DNA of 64,000 bases from positions 211,234,001-211,298,000 of the forward strand of contig OZ024741.1 of assembly GCA_964016885.1 (NCBI GenBank). The letters run 5' to 3'. Below, piece by piece: positions 53,134-64,000 of the stretch. The stretch is from Eledone cirrhosa (taxonomy: Eukaryota). How positions within the stretch are numbered: the stretch's first letter is position 1; the number at the start of each line of letters is the position of its first letter. The notes beneath the pieces are model-generated. The model was not told where the DNA came from, did no database searches, and was given only the letters and a program-made list of their open reading frames with translations. Both the position numbers and the translations under genes were made by a program.

Positions 53134-53867
53134 TTCAAATTTTAGAAGGCTTTCCAGGTATATGAAACATTTTTTGAAAAACAAGAAAAAGAAAAAAATA
53201 TTTAAATGTTTAAAAAATAACATTAAAACATACACAAAAAAAAACAACAACAAAAAACAAAAAAAGACAGGACGAAATAAAATATATATGAAGCCACGCA
53301 CAAATTTGCTTTTCATCTTTTGCGAAATATACACATTCATCGATTTTTCATTATTTTGTAATGTTGAATATTTTAGAAATGACTGAATTTTACTTGCAAC
53401 GTTCTTTCTTGCGGACGACATTTTAAATGAAAAATGCTATTCGATCGTCCAAACTTTACAGGTAAACAATCTTATTAATGTTGAAACTAGAGGGAATAAA
53501 TTTAGATTTAATAAATACACACAGCAACAGGAAATTCTGTTCCCTGCTTAGAGAGAAAAACAAATAAAAAATCCCAATATGTTTTTCCATTTATCTCCGA
53601 AATATTTTTGTTTTATGAAAACGCGAAACCCATTTGATCTCGTTTTAATAGGAAACGGTTTTGGTTTTTCATCTCTTAATAACTGAAGGGGTTTGTGTTT
53701 AGGAAGATCTTTGTTAAAAATGTTAAAGGATTTGATAGTTTTCCAAGTAATTCCTACGCATCTCCGATTAAAGAAAACAATAGCATTAACAGTTTAATCA
53801 ATAGCTCGTCGTCGGTTCCAACAACGTGTGTGCTGGTTGTTCGAACAATGGAAAGGCTTACGTGTGA

Positions 53868-54124
53868 AATTAATACACAAGTAGCTGAGCATTCCACAGA
53901 CACGTGAACGCTTGACGTAGTTCTCAAGGACATTCAGCATAACATGATATGTGACATGATTGGTCCTTTGAATTATAGGTAGAGCCCATTTTTTTGTCAT
54001 CTGAATGGACGAGAACAATGTGAAATAAAAGGTCTTGTTCAAGAACACAATACGTCTCCGGGAATCGAAACACGATCTTTCAATAGTGAGTCTAACAGCC
54101 TAACCATTAAGACACACACCTTCA
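53868..54124 (-). mobile_element. tRNA-derived SINE family B (CORE-like central block)
   Basis: Reverse complement: gaaggtgtgtgtcttaatggttagg...gtttcgattcccgg...gtgttcttgaacaagaccttttatttcac. Partial relatives at ~37657-37730 and ~61940-62090. Confidence 0.72.
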
Positions 54125-54752
54125 CGAAAAACATTGAAACAATGTTATTAATGTTGAAATAAGAGGGAGTAAATTTAAAAATTAATAAATACAGCAAGAA
54201 ATACTATTCCCTGCTTAGAAAAAAAAACAAAAACATTTTCTATTTATTTCTGAAAATATTTTTCATATATTAAAACGCTAAGCGTATTTCATCTTGTTTT
54301 AATAGGAAAAGATTTCCGCTATTCATCTCATATTTACTGAAGGAGTTTTTATGTTGAGGAAAATCTTTGTTAATATGTTAAAGGATTTGTTAGCTGTCCA
54401 AGTAATTCCTATAAATCTCCGATTAAGAAAACAAGATCGCTAACTGTTTAAACTATATCACATCGGTCTCTGCGTTGTACAAGATAGTTGTTAAAAACAG
54501 CATGCACAATTAATATTGAAGTACGCGCTAGTGTATTTAATGTCTAAGATGGGTTTGCAAAGTATATCAATTATAAGATTTACAATGGCTGCAATTTCTG
54601 TTAGGATTTCCTGTATATATATATTTGCGAATTAAGCAAACCACGTTGAAACAAAACAGACAAATGGCTCCCTGATAAATACCAACAAGAGCCATTTCAC
54701 ATTCCCAAGGTCGAAAAATAAAGTATCTATCTATCTATATATCTATCTATCA

Positions 54753-55999
54753 TCTACTACCGCTTGATTGTCGTGCCTTGTCTCCGTGAATATCTCACCA
54801 AGATGGAACGCATGATCTTCCAGTTCTTGTGGAAGAAGCAGGCTCCACTGGTGAGGAGATCCGCCTGCTGTCAACACCCTTCCAACGGAGGGTTGGGCAT
54901 GCCGTGGCTAATGATGTGCAAACATGCGCTGAGGCTACTGCATCTCCAGGTATTCCTCACCGACCAATCGGTGTGGGCACCGTTTGCGAGACAGGCTTTC
55001 CCACAACTTGTCTCGCTGACGGAGCTGCAGTTCTGGGTCAAGCGAAGACCGAAGAAGATGGGCGCCTGGCACATTGAATGCGCCCAGGCGCTCACAGTCC
55101 TCTGTCAAGCGGGCACAGCAATCAGTGGTGACTCCACGTCGACATTCTATAGAAGGTTGGTACTTTACAAGTGCGACGACGTACTCGGAGAGACTCTAGG
55201 CGTCGAAGACGATGAGCTCACCAGTCTGTTCGGTAGGACTTTCCGCCGGGACCTATGGACAACTTCCAGAGGTCCCTGGCCTGGCAGTGCTACCGAGGAG
55301 CTCTAGCCGTTCGAGATAAGATCTACAGGACGGACGCCCCGGCAAGGATCCTTCCAAGATGCGAGCAAGACATTGAAACCCTCTTGCACACAATTGTACA
55401 CTGCCCGGTCGTAAGTGACCTGTGGAACTATGCAGAACAACTGCTGTCGCGTATGGGACAAATCCAGTTGACTGCCGACTCCATAGAAAGAATCAAACCG
55501 CCAGCCTCTTTCAAAAACGAAAGAGAGGCGGTTTTCCTCTGTACAATGGCTATGGTGAAAGAGGTTATATGGTGGACGAGATTGAGAGGACTGAGGACAG
55601 ATGCCTTTCTCTCCTGACAACAATTGATTCCCTTCTTTAAGTATCACTTTAGAAGGAGAATCAGAGTGGAGAGGGAGGCACTTCACCCCAGTAAATTTAC
55701 TGAAAGGTGGGTGAATGTGGCAAAAATGGACCGAGTAATTGGGCCTTCTCTGTATATAAACCTGTAGGTTGAAGAAGAGAGCAAAAGGAAGAAAGGAGCA
55801 CTTGCACAACACGCTTCTGAAGTTGAGGGTTGTTCTATCGACGGGGTATTAAACAACCCATTTGTGGCACCTCCCCCTATTGGGGATTTCGATTGTAAAA
55901 TTTGTTTGTTTCATATTTTTACACGATTGTATGTAAAATCCCCGGCATGTATCTTTGTTTTGTCCCCTTTTCTTGTGCGCCATTGTAGCTAATAAAGAA

Positions 56000-56000
<1 letters not shown>
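54753..56000 (+). mobile_element. 5'-truncated Tx1/L1-clade LINE with (ATCT)n on both sides
   Basis: ORFs 54764-55306 and 55255-55617 are collinear with 60226-61692 (GGLGMPWL, MDNFQRSLAW); ends aataaagaa(ATCT)n. Confidence 0.92.

Positions 56001-56080
<80 letters not shown>
56000..56080. repeat. (ATCT)n tail
   Basis: Directly visible. Confidence 0.95.
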
Positions 56081-56081
<1 letters not shown>

Positions 56082-56532
56082 ATAACCTTTTAATCTAGCT
56101 GTCGTCTGTTCTACAGTGTGGATGTCATTCACTTCGCACAGAAGTTTTGTTCAAATTTATTGAGGAAATTTTGTGAGTTCAAACTTAATTTTGATACCAT
56201 TGTGTAGCTTGACCCTCCGTCTGAACTGTCAGGCGGTGGGTCAGCTCATCTTTACCCCTCCTAGAGGTGAAAAACCTGTTTTAAAAAATTTTGTGTAAAA
56301 AATTTCAATCGTCTAACAGAAATGTTAAACGCAGCGAACGAAAATAGTGGTGGGGGACAGCGGTAAGAGTTGTAAGCTCGCACGCTTTAGTCCTCCCTTC
56401 CTTCCCAACTAACGTCATAGAGAAGGAAGGAAAAATTGAAATAAAAACGGACGAATCTGCGGAGAAAAAATTAAATGACGAAAACACAAATCTGGACTTG
56501 GATTCCAACAACGAAAAAAAAAATTTGAAAAA

Positions 56533-58267
56533 TTGCATGACAATACTAATAACACAAACAAAGACACAACAAACAAAAAAATAACAGTTGAAAATAATAC
56601 CATATCAGAAAACAAAGCAGACGACAAGATTTCATTTGCACAGAAAACAAAGAAATCTTTGACTTATATAGCGGAAAACATTTCAGATGTGGTACGAAGG
56701 ATCACGGACGCCAAACAATACATAAGTGAAGGAGAGAATGGCATTTTATCGGTAAAAATGCCTCAAGAATTCACGAAAGACATTGAAAGCCGAACGGTCA
56801 AGTTTCGGACCATCAACAACAGTACAAAAAAACCTGAACAGCCTTCTCAAGCAGATATCAAAACAGTACTCACAGAAGTACTGAATGAAACAACTTTCAT
56901 AAGAAAAGACAGACTGTATGGAAGCCTAGCAATTATCATGAAGAACGAATCGGCGGCAAAAAAATGTGCTTTGTCACCGATTCGTTCGAAAAATTTCACC
57001 TTTTATCCATCTTATATGGGGAAAAGAACTCAACGCATATGGCTGGATGCAATGATGCCAGATGTGGACTACTGCTGGCTTCATCGATCCAGTGAATGAC
57101 AACGTGATTTCCATTGGGAAAACCACAGGCAATGCGTTCAGTGGAACAGGTATAGAGCTGGTAGTACAAATGAAGCCTGAACGCATCGCCCAAATACCCG
57201 ACAGAATCCTATTAGAGGACCACGGGTATATAAACATTAGCGTGGAGGGGAGAAGGCCGTCCTGCCATATCTGTGCAGGCAGAGGGCACCTGAAGGCCGC
57301 TTGTCCCCAACTCAACAAAAAGAAAACCCTGCTACCAACACCAGCTCCACCACCACCACCACAACAGATAAACAAACAACAAAACTCAGTCCCACCCAAC
57401 CCGTCCCTCAGTAAAACCACAACACCACCACAACACAAACAGTCACAACACATTACCCCAAAACAAAATACAGGCCCACCCAACCTCTCACTCAATAAAA
57501 CAACACAACCACCGCAGACACAACACACAACACAGTCTAACATAGTGACATCCATCTCCCCCACAAAGAAAACCAACACGGAAACATTACCAGCAAACAT
57601 ACCTCTTCCCTCCAACACTGAAGATAACCCAACGAATTCGGAGGAAGAAACGGAGTCCTTCAGACAGATTAAAAGGAAAAAAAGAAAACATGTGCAAAAC
57701 ACACAAGGACAAACAACCCCCACCCAAATCTCAACACAATCCAACAAAACAGAAAACACCCCTCCAGCAACAAACAAAACCAAACCTGCCCCTCCCCTCT
57801 TCGAAACACTCACACCATCGGAAAAAAAGACATTACACTATACTTACATCAACAGAAACAATAATAAATTAAATGAACTCATATACAATAATCCTTCGGT
57901 ACAAACCGAAGGTGTAAACTTTGTTTCGTCAGAAAACCACCCACATTTAAAACTAATAAAGATCCCAATGAACCTCTACCAAAAACTAAAAAAGGATTTT
58001 AAGGAGGACGTAGGACCACCCTCTGTCAAACCCATAAACCGCGTCCTACTAAAAAGCTTTCCCCCTCCCCTTCCCCTCCCCTTCCCCTCCCCAACACAAC
58101 TCCAAACACCCCAACCCCACCACACACTGACGACCCCACACCACCACAAGACACCCCTTCACCCAACACCCCCGACCCCATGGAAGTCGTGCAACCCGAA
58201 CCCCGGGAAGCGGAAAGGTAGGTCTCTACACTCTCCTTTGGCTCTGCCGCCCACATGGATGTGTTAA
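56533..58267 (+). pseudogene. LINE ORF1 (gag-like, single CCHC knuckle), frameshifted near 57060-57100
   Basis: YPSYMGKRTQRIWL, IPDRILL, VEGRRPSCHICAGRGHLKAACP, followed by a Pro/Thr/Gln-rich tail. Confidence 0.8.
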
Positions 58268-61200
58268 GAGTAGGATGTTTGAATGCACGTGGCCTGGGCT
58301 CAACTTGGAAGCAAGCAAAGCTTCTAAATGACCTCAGGTCATGTAGTATAAATGTAATGGTTATCTGTGAGACTCGAATCAGCGTCGTGCGGCAGCTGGC
58401 CTCCACCTTCGATGACTTTGAGGTGCATGCATCTCTCTGTCAACCTGGAGGTGGGGGTGGGGTTGTCGTACTGCTGCAAAAACACCTGGGTCTTGCCGTA
58501 CAGGTTGTGCACTCGGACCCGGAGGGTAGTTTGTTGGTGCTAGACGTTGGCAGTAGTGAAAGTGCGGCCTTGAGACTGGTCGCCGTCTACTCCCCTTTCG
58601 GAGCTGAACGGCCCGACTTCTTCCAGCGTTTGGAGACTTTTCTGGGAACGTCGCGTTCCCTGCTTCTAGCGGGGGATTGGAATGACATCCTAGATGCACG
58701 TTGGGACTATGCAGGAGCATGTCCTAATAGAGGGGGGTGTAACAGCCTCAAGGGGTTACTCGACCGTTTTAACTTGGTCGATAGATATCGACTAAATTTT
58801 CCAACTGTGCCTACCTGGACTTGGAGAAACCACAGTGGTCAATCTAGATCGTACTTAGATAGATTCTTAGTTAGAAGTAAGAATAGGGACATATTAAGCT
58901 GTCCAGAAATGCGCACGGTTGGCTACACGGATCACAAATTAGTGACCTGCGTAGTCAATCTCGAGAAAACACATAAACAGGGTCCCGGTTACTGGAAACT
59001 TAATTTGTCTTTACCGGCAAAAGAGACTTACAGAAACCGGATTAGCAGATTAGTTAAGGAGAGGTTGACGGGTGCAATCGTCAACAACCGATGGTGGGCA
59101 TCTCTCAAAAGAGAGATTAGAACAGAATCAATAAGTTATAGCAAGATGTTAGCTGCCGATAGGAATAGAAACGAGAAAGAATTAACAGGTAAATTAGAAG
59201 AGGCAATCAAGAGCGAAGATGTGGCCAGAGTGCTGGCATCGAGGACGGCCTTGAACCAGTTTTTCGATGCAAAGCACGAAGGCTGCGTCATTCGAAGTAA
59301 AATACGTGCTCTAGGTAATGAGGGGCCCAAAGCCGTTGGATGGGCCCGCGTGACAGAAGCTAAGAGTGGAAATCGATCCACCATCCGGTCGTTGCAAGAC
59401 GAAGATGGACGAGTGATCCGGGAGCCTAAGCAGATGTGCGAGGCCTTTCAAAAGCACTTTGCCCGATTGTTCGAGGGAGGCGAGGGTCCGGGCCGGGGCG
59501 TGGATTTCGGTCCATACCTCGACGGCCTGCCGCATCTCTCGAACGAAGAGGCAGAGTCCTGCGAGGGACCAATCTCGGCTGATGAGATCGGAGATGCGCT
59601 GAGCCAATGCAGCAGACGCAAATCTCCAGGTCTCGATGGTATACCTTACGAACTTTATTTAGCAATGGCGGTCTTCTTCTCCGAACTCCTCGAAGCGGTC
59701 TACTGCAATTGGCAGCAGAACGGGAGAATTCCTTGTTCTGTAGCCAAGGGCGTAGTCACGCTGGAGAGGAAGGACGAGAACAAGGGGGATAGTATAAATA
59801 ATTTTCGGCCCATAACCCTGCTAAACACAGAGTTAAAGATTTTGGCCAAGGTGTTAGCAAAGAGGTTGGCGCTTGTCGTGGGGGGCCTGGTGGGAGATGC
59901 GCAGACATGTGCTATCCCATCCAGGTCCATTTACGATAACCTCCACCTCATGCGATACATCATAGAGAGGGTTGGCAACAAACCCGGCTTCGGTGGGGCC
60001 CTGATCAACTTGGATCAGTCTAAGGCCTTCGATAGGGTCGACCATGGTTACCTGGATGCGGTGCTAGCGGCGGCTGGGTTCAGTCCTGTTTTCAGAGGCT
60101 GGATCACTGCCCTACATAGCAACCACATCTGTTCTAGGATCAAGGTGAACGGCTACCTTTCGAAACCGTTCGAAATCACACGATCCATTTGACAGGGGTG
60201 CCCTCTCTCCTCCCTTCTGTACGTATTGACTCTCGAGCCTTTACTGAGGAAGTTGGAGTTGTTGCAGGGTATCCCCCTGGAACCAGGATTGAGCAAAGCG
60301 GTGTCGGCCTACGCCGATGACGTAACAGTAATGGTATCAACCGACTCGGAGATCGAGGCGATCGGTACCTTACTGGAGGAGTACGAAAGGTTGTCAGGAG
60401 CGAAACTGAACCGGGAAAAATCCATCGGGCTGCAACTCGGAACGTGGAGAGGCAAACCAATGCCTCCTGACGGTGTCGTCGGACACTGGACGGAGGGCCT
60501 GGTAAAGTTGCTTGGGGTCTGGTTTGGACCGGACCTCCAGGTGGAAAAGAACTGGAACGAGATTACGAACAAGGTGTTTGCACTAACCCAGAAATGGGCC
60601 AAGTGTAAGCTATCCCTAAAAGGCCGGGCGGAGGTGGCGAACATTTACATAGCGTCCGTCACTTACTACCGCCTGACTGTCGTGCCTTGCCCTAAGGAAA
60701 CACTCACCACCATGGAACGCATGCTCTTCCAATTTCTTTGGAAGAAGCGTCCTCCTATGGTGAGAAGATCCATCTGCTGCCAACAACCTTCGAAAGGAGG
60801 GCTGGGGATGCCGTGGTTGATGATGCGTAGGCACGCATTAAGGCTACGGCACCTACAGGTATTCCTCACTGATCAACCGGTGTGGGCTCCGTTCGTGAAA
60901 CGAGCCTTTCCGAGACTCGTCTCACTCACCGAGCTACAGTCCTGGGTCAAGCAAAGATCCGGAAAACTGGGAGACTGGCACACTGAGTGTGCTCAGGCGC
61001 TCAGGGCTCTCTGGCAAGCGGGCCAGGCCATCGGTGGAGAATCCACCTCATCATTCTATAGAGGGCTGGTGGCTAGCAGGGGCGATGACACCCTTGGAGA
61101 GTCGCTGGACATGGAAGAAGACGAACTGGCCAGCCTGTTCGGTAGGACTTTCGGCCCAGGACCAATGGACAACTTCCAGAAGTCACTGGCCTGGCAGTGC

Positions 61201-61692
61201 TACCGGGGGGCTCTACCCGTTCGAGAGAGGCTCTACAGACACGGACGCCCGGGCAGGGATCCCTCAAAAAAGATTTGCCCTAGATGCGTGCGTCACGAAG
61301 AAACCGTAGCGCACGCATTGGTGCAATGTCCGGGCGTGGCTGATCTGTGGGGCTACGCCGAACAACTGCTGTCGCGGGTGGCGCCGATTAAATTGACCGC
61401 CGAGTCCGTGATGACAATCAAACCGCCTCCCCTCTTCACAAAGGAAGCAAAGGCGGTTTTTCTGTGCGTAATAGCCATGTTGAAAGAGGTTGTTTGGTGG
61501 ACACGATTGAAAGGTCTGAGGTCAGGCAACTTCCTCTCTGGCCATAGTCTGGTCTACTTCTTCCGATATCACTTCGGAAGAAGGATAAGAATGGAGAGAG
61601 AGGTGCTTGGCCACAGGCAGTTTTATGAAAGGTGGGTGATAGTGGCGAGAATGGCTCGTGTAAATGGGCCTTCTCTGTATACCATCCTGTAG
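58255..61692 (+). pseudogene. LINE ORF2: APE endonuclease + RT + C-terminal CCHC, with one in-frame TGA at 60190-60192
   Basis: LNARGL, ICETR, VYSP, AGDWN, SYLDRF, TDHK, WKLN, KSPGLDG, NFRPITLLNTELKILAK, LDQSKAFDRVDH, SI*QGCPLS, AYADD, CPRC..EETVAHALVQC. Confidence 0.95.
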
Positions 61693-62559
61693 GTAAAGAA
61701 GTAAAGGAGAGGGGAGCACCTTCTGCATGTGCTCCCCGGGCAAAGGATTGCACACTTTTTCGGGGGTGTGTGCAACCCCCATCACGTCCCCTCCCTTTTG
61801 AGGTTATTTTCGATTATTTTCATGTTATACCCTTTTTACTCGATTATATGTAAACTCCCCCTTTGTATTTGTCCCTTCTTTTTATGCCTTTATGGTAAAT
61901 AAAGAAATCTATCCATCTATATAACCTTTTAGTACAGCCTTCGTGAAGTTATGAGTTCGATTCCCGGACCAGGTGGTGTTTTTTTATTCTGGAGCAAAAC
62001 ACTTTATTTCACGTGTTGATCCAGTTCACATTACTGGAAAAAATGAGTGGTGACGTTACCTGTACCAAACTGTATCGGGCTACATCCATGTCTTCGCGCA
62101 TATATATATATATATGCTGAATTCATCTGCCAAGAACTGGGGTTACCTCCCTCGCAGCGTGATACACGTGGGGTTTCACTACTACATATTACTACTGCCG
62201 TAATCCCGCATGCTGGCTGAGAACAAAATACCTGTTGACGAAGTGGCAGCCTTGTTCGATCATTATACCAAAAGCTTAATATGGAAGCAGGCAGTATAAT
62301 TGATTTAGGTGTCGCAGAAACCTTTTACTGGATTATACCATCAATTCCAGCGGCCCAAGTAAATATTCTTTTGTTTGACCTGTTTGGCTTGGTTCGTTTT
62401 TTTTTTGGCTTCTTGATCACCATTCTCAGTTTGTTTGGACTCTATAACCTATGTTTATTGCTCTGGTCTTTTTTTAGCCCATGGAACCCTTGCCGCATAA
62501 CTCGGATATTGCGTTTCGCTTTGTTTTCGACCACTGCCGAAATTCGATCTCGCTGAAAT

Positions 62560-62591
<32 letters not shown>

Positions 62592-63053
62592 ATATATATA
62601 TGGTCGAGTGTTTTATATTGGTGAAGTCATGCTTCCATATTAAACAATCCCGGTCATTCCACCACTGCTGCTGTCATTTGGGATACTAGCACCGACTTCA
62701 ACATTTTAGTAGTAAGGACTGCTGGTCAATAAGAATTCCCTTGTCCGGAATTTGCTGGTTATGGATTTATTATTAATCGATGACCAGTGGATTCTCCACG
62801 GAATTTGAAGCAGTACTGTACCAGCTAAGGCGTGACTTTTTATACTCCGGCGGATTTTTGTCGGCTAAACCAGTAGGGTCCTGGCTGTTTCATTTGATGA
62901 AATTGTACTTTAACCTTTTCAGATGTTAATCTCTCGATTTTTAATAACTTAGGCTTCTGACTGAGAATGTTCTTTAACAATTAATACTATGCGTGTGCTC
63001 CAAATGAATTTGTTAAGAAAATTGTAAACAACGAGATCAAATCACTGGATATT

Positions 63054-63138
<85 letters not shown>

Positions 63139-63140
63139 CA

Positions 63141-63204
<64 letters not shown>

Positions 63205-63432
63205 GGGGAGAGAGAGAATCTGCGGTGCTGAGACCGGGGAGACCACTAATCATGGGGGTACTCAATACATGGAAAGATGCAGAGTGGGTATAGAGATAAT
63301 CTCACTCCCTTTCTCTCTCTCTCTCTCTCCCTCTCTCTCCCTCTCTCTCCCTCTCTCTCCCTGTATGTATGTATTTATATATATATAATATGGAAAACGA
63401 AGAATCAGTGATGCACCGGAACACAATGTATT

Positions 63433-63525
63433 ACGTATTACAATTGTTTCTCTGGCGAACAGCTCGAGGTGCGATCTGTTTGTGGATAGAATCTGACTTT
63501 GGATTTTCAAGTTCCTCAGATACGT
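63433..63525 (-). ncRNA. Type-I hammerhead motif
   Basis: Reverse complement: acgtat-CTGAGGA-62 nt-GAAAC-AATT-GTA-atacgt; perfect 6-bp stem I and palindromic loop III. Confidence 0.75.
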
Positions 63526-63554
63526 CTAGTGATTTCGAAGCAAATCCTCTTTCT

Positions 63555-63595
<41 letters not shown>

Positions 63596-63734
63596 ATACT
63601 TGGGGAGGGTAATTTCGTTGTAATAATATTGCCAGAATTAATAATAGAACACACTCACTCTTTCGTTGAGTTTTCGCTTCTGTATCTTTTATATCAGTTA
63701 ATGTATTCGGTCCTCAATGTTTACCATTGACTGA

Positions 63735-63784
<50 letters not shown>

Positions 63785-64000
63785 CATTATGAAGTGCCTA
63801 AAGTAGAAACAATTATGAAGAGAGAAGAAACATTAGATATAATTAGTAATAAAATATATCATACCTAAACTGCTTCTATAGTCCCCGACTACGTAGTTTC
63901 GTGGCATATTATGCAAAAGCACTACATCATAGAGATATAGAGTTTTTGTGAGATCTGCCGACTTATCAAGAGGTTACCTCATTAAGGGTTTCAAAACACG

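Larger units (their letters stand above)
56093..61914 (+). mobile_element. Apparently full-length Tx1/L1-clade LINE with 17-bp TSD
   Basis: ORF1 + ORF2 + 3' UTR with AATAAA. TSD atctatataacctttta at 56076-56092 and 61915-61931. Confidence 0.93.

Noticed and set aside
60190-60192. Programmed readthrough in LINE ORF2
   Set aside because: It falls on the conserved Arg of (I/V)RQGCPLS; CGA>TGA CpG decay explains it, and ORF1 is also frameshifted.
56974-61785. Antisense ORFs overlapping the LINE
   Set aside because: Shadow frames of ORF1/ORF2 with no motifs.
62115-62990. Moderately GC-rich unique sequence that looks like decayed coding DNA on the minus strand
   Set aside because: Multiple stops in the frames I translated and no recognisable motif.

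Overview
This is eukaryotic, AT-rich, repeat-saturated DNA. Its SINE types and (TA)n/(CA)n load suggest a mollusc, probably an octopus-like cephalopod (inference). No host gene can be called with confidence, and most ORFs in the track are microsatellite artefacts. Real coding remnants are all retroelements: Penelope-like elements (PLEs; RT + GIY-YIG at 21236-23356, plus fragments at 4.2-5.2 kb, 40.8-43.8 kb, 44.3 kb and 50.6 kb), a near full-length Tx1/L1-clade LINE with a 17-bp TSD (56093-61914) and two truncated relatives, and RTE and CR1 fragments. tRNA-derived SINEs are also present. The main signal is a set of short non-coding elements sitting between (TA)n tracts. They carry type-I hammerhead ribozyme motifs (about 16 with intact CUGANGA...GAAA cores, several with unusually long stem II, about 6 more degenerate). 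They occur as 1.1-1.3-mer direct repeats (518, 640 and 732 nt periods) or as fold-back inverted repeats, and five share a downstream ACUC...GAGUGCU hairpin. I also noted a SINE split by an apparent 2.5-kb inversion and a 10-kb Thr-rich, mucin-like low-complexity block. All motifs and pairings were read by eye, so coordinates may be off by a few bases.
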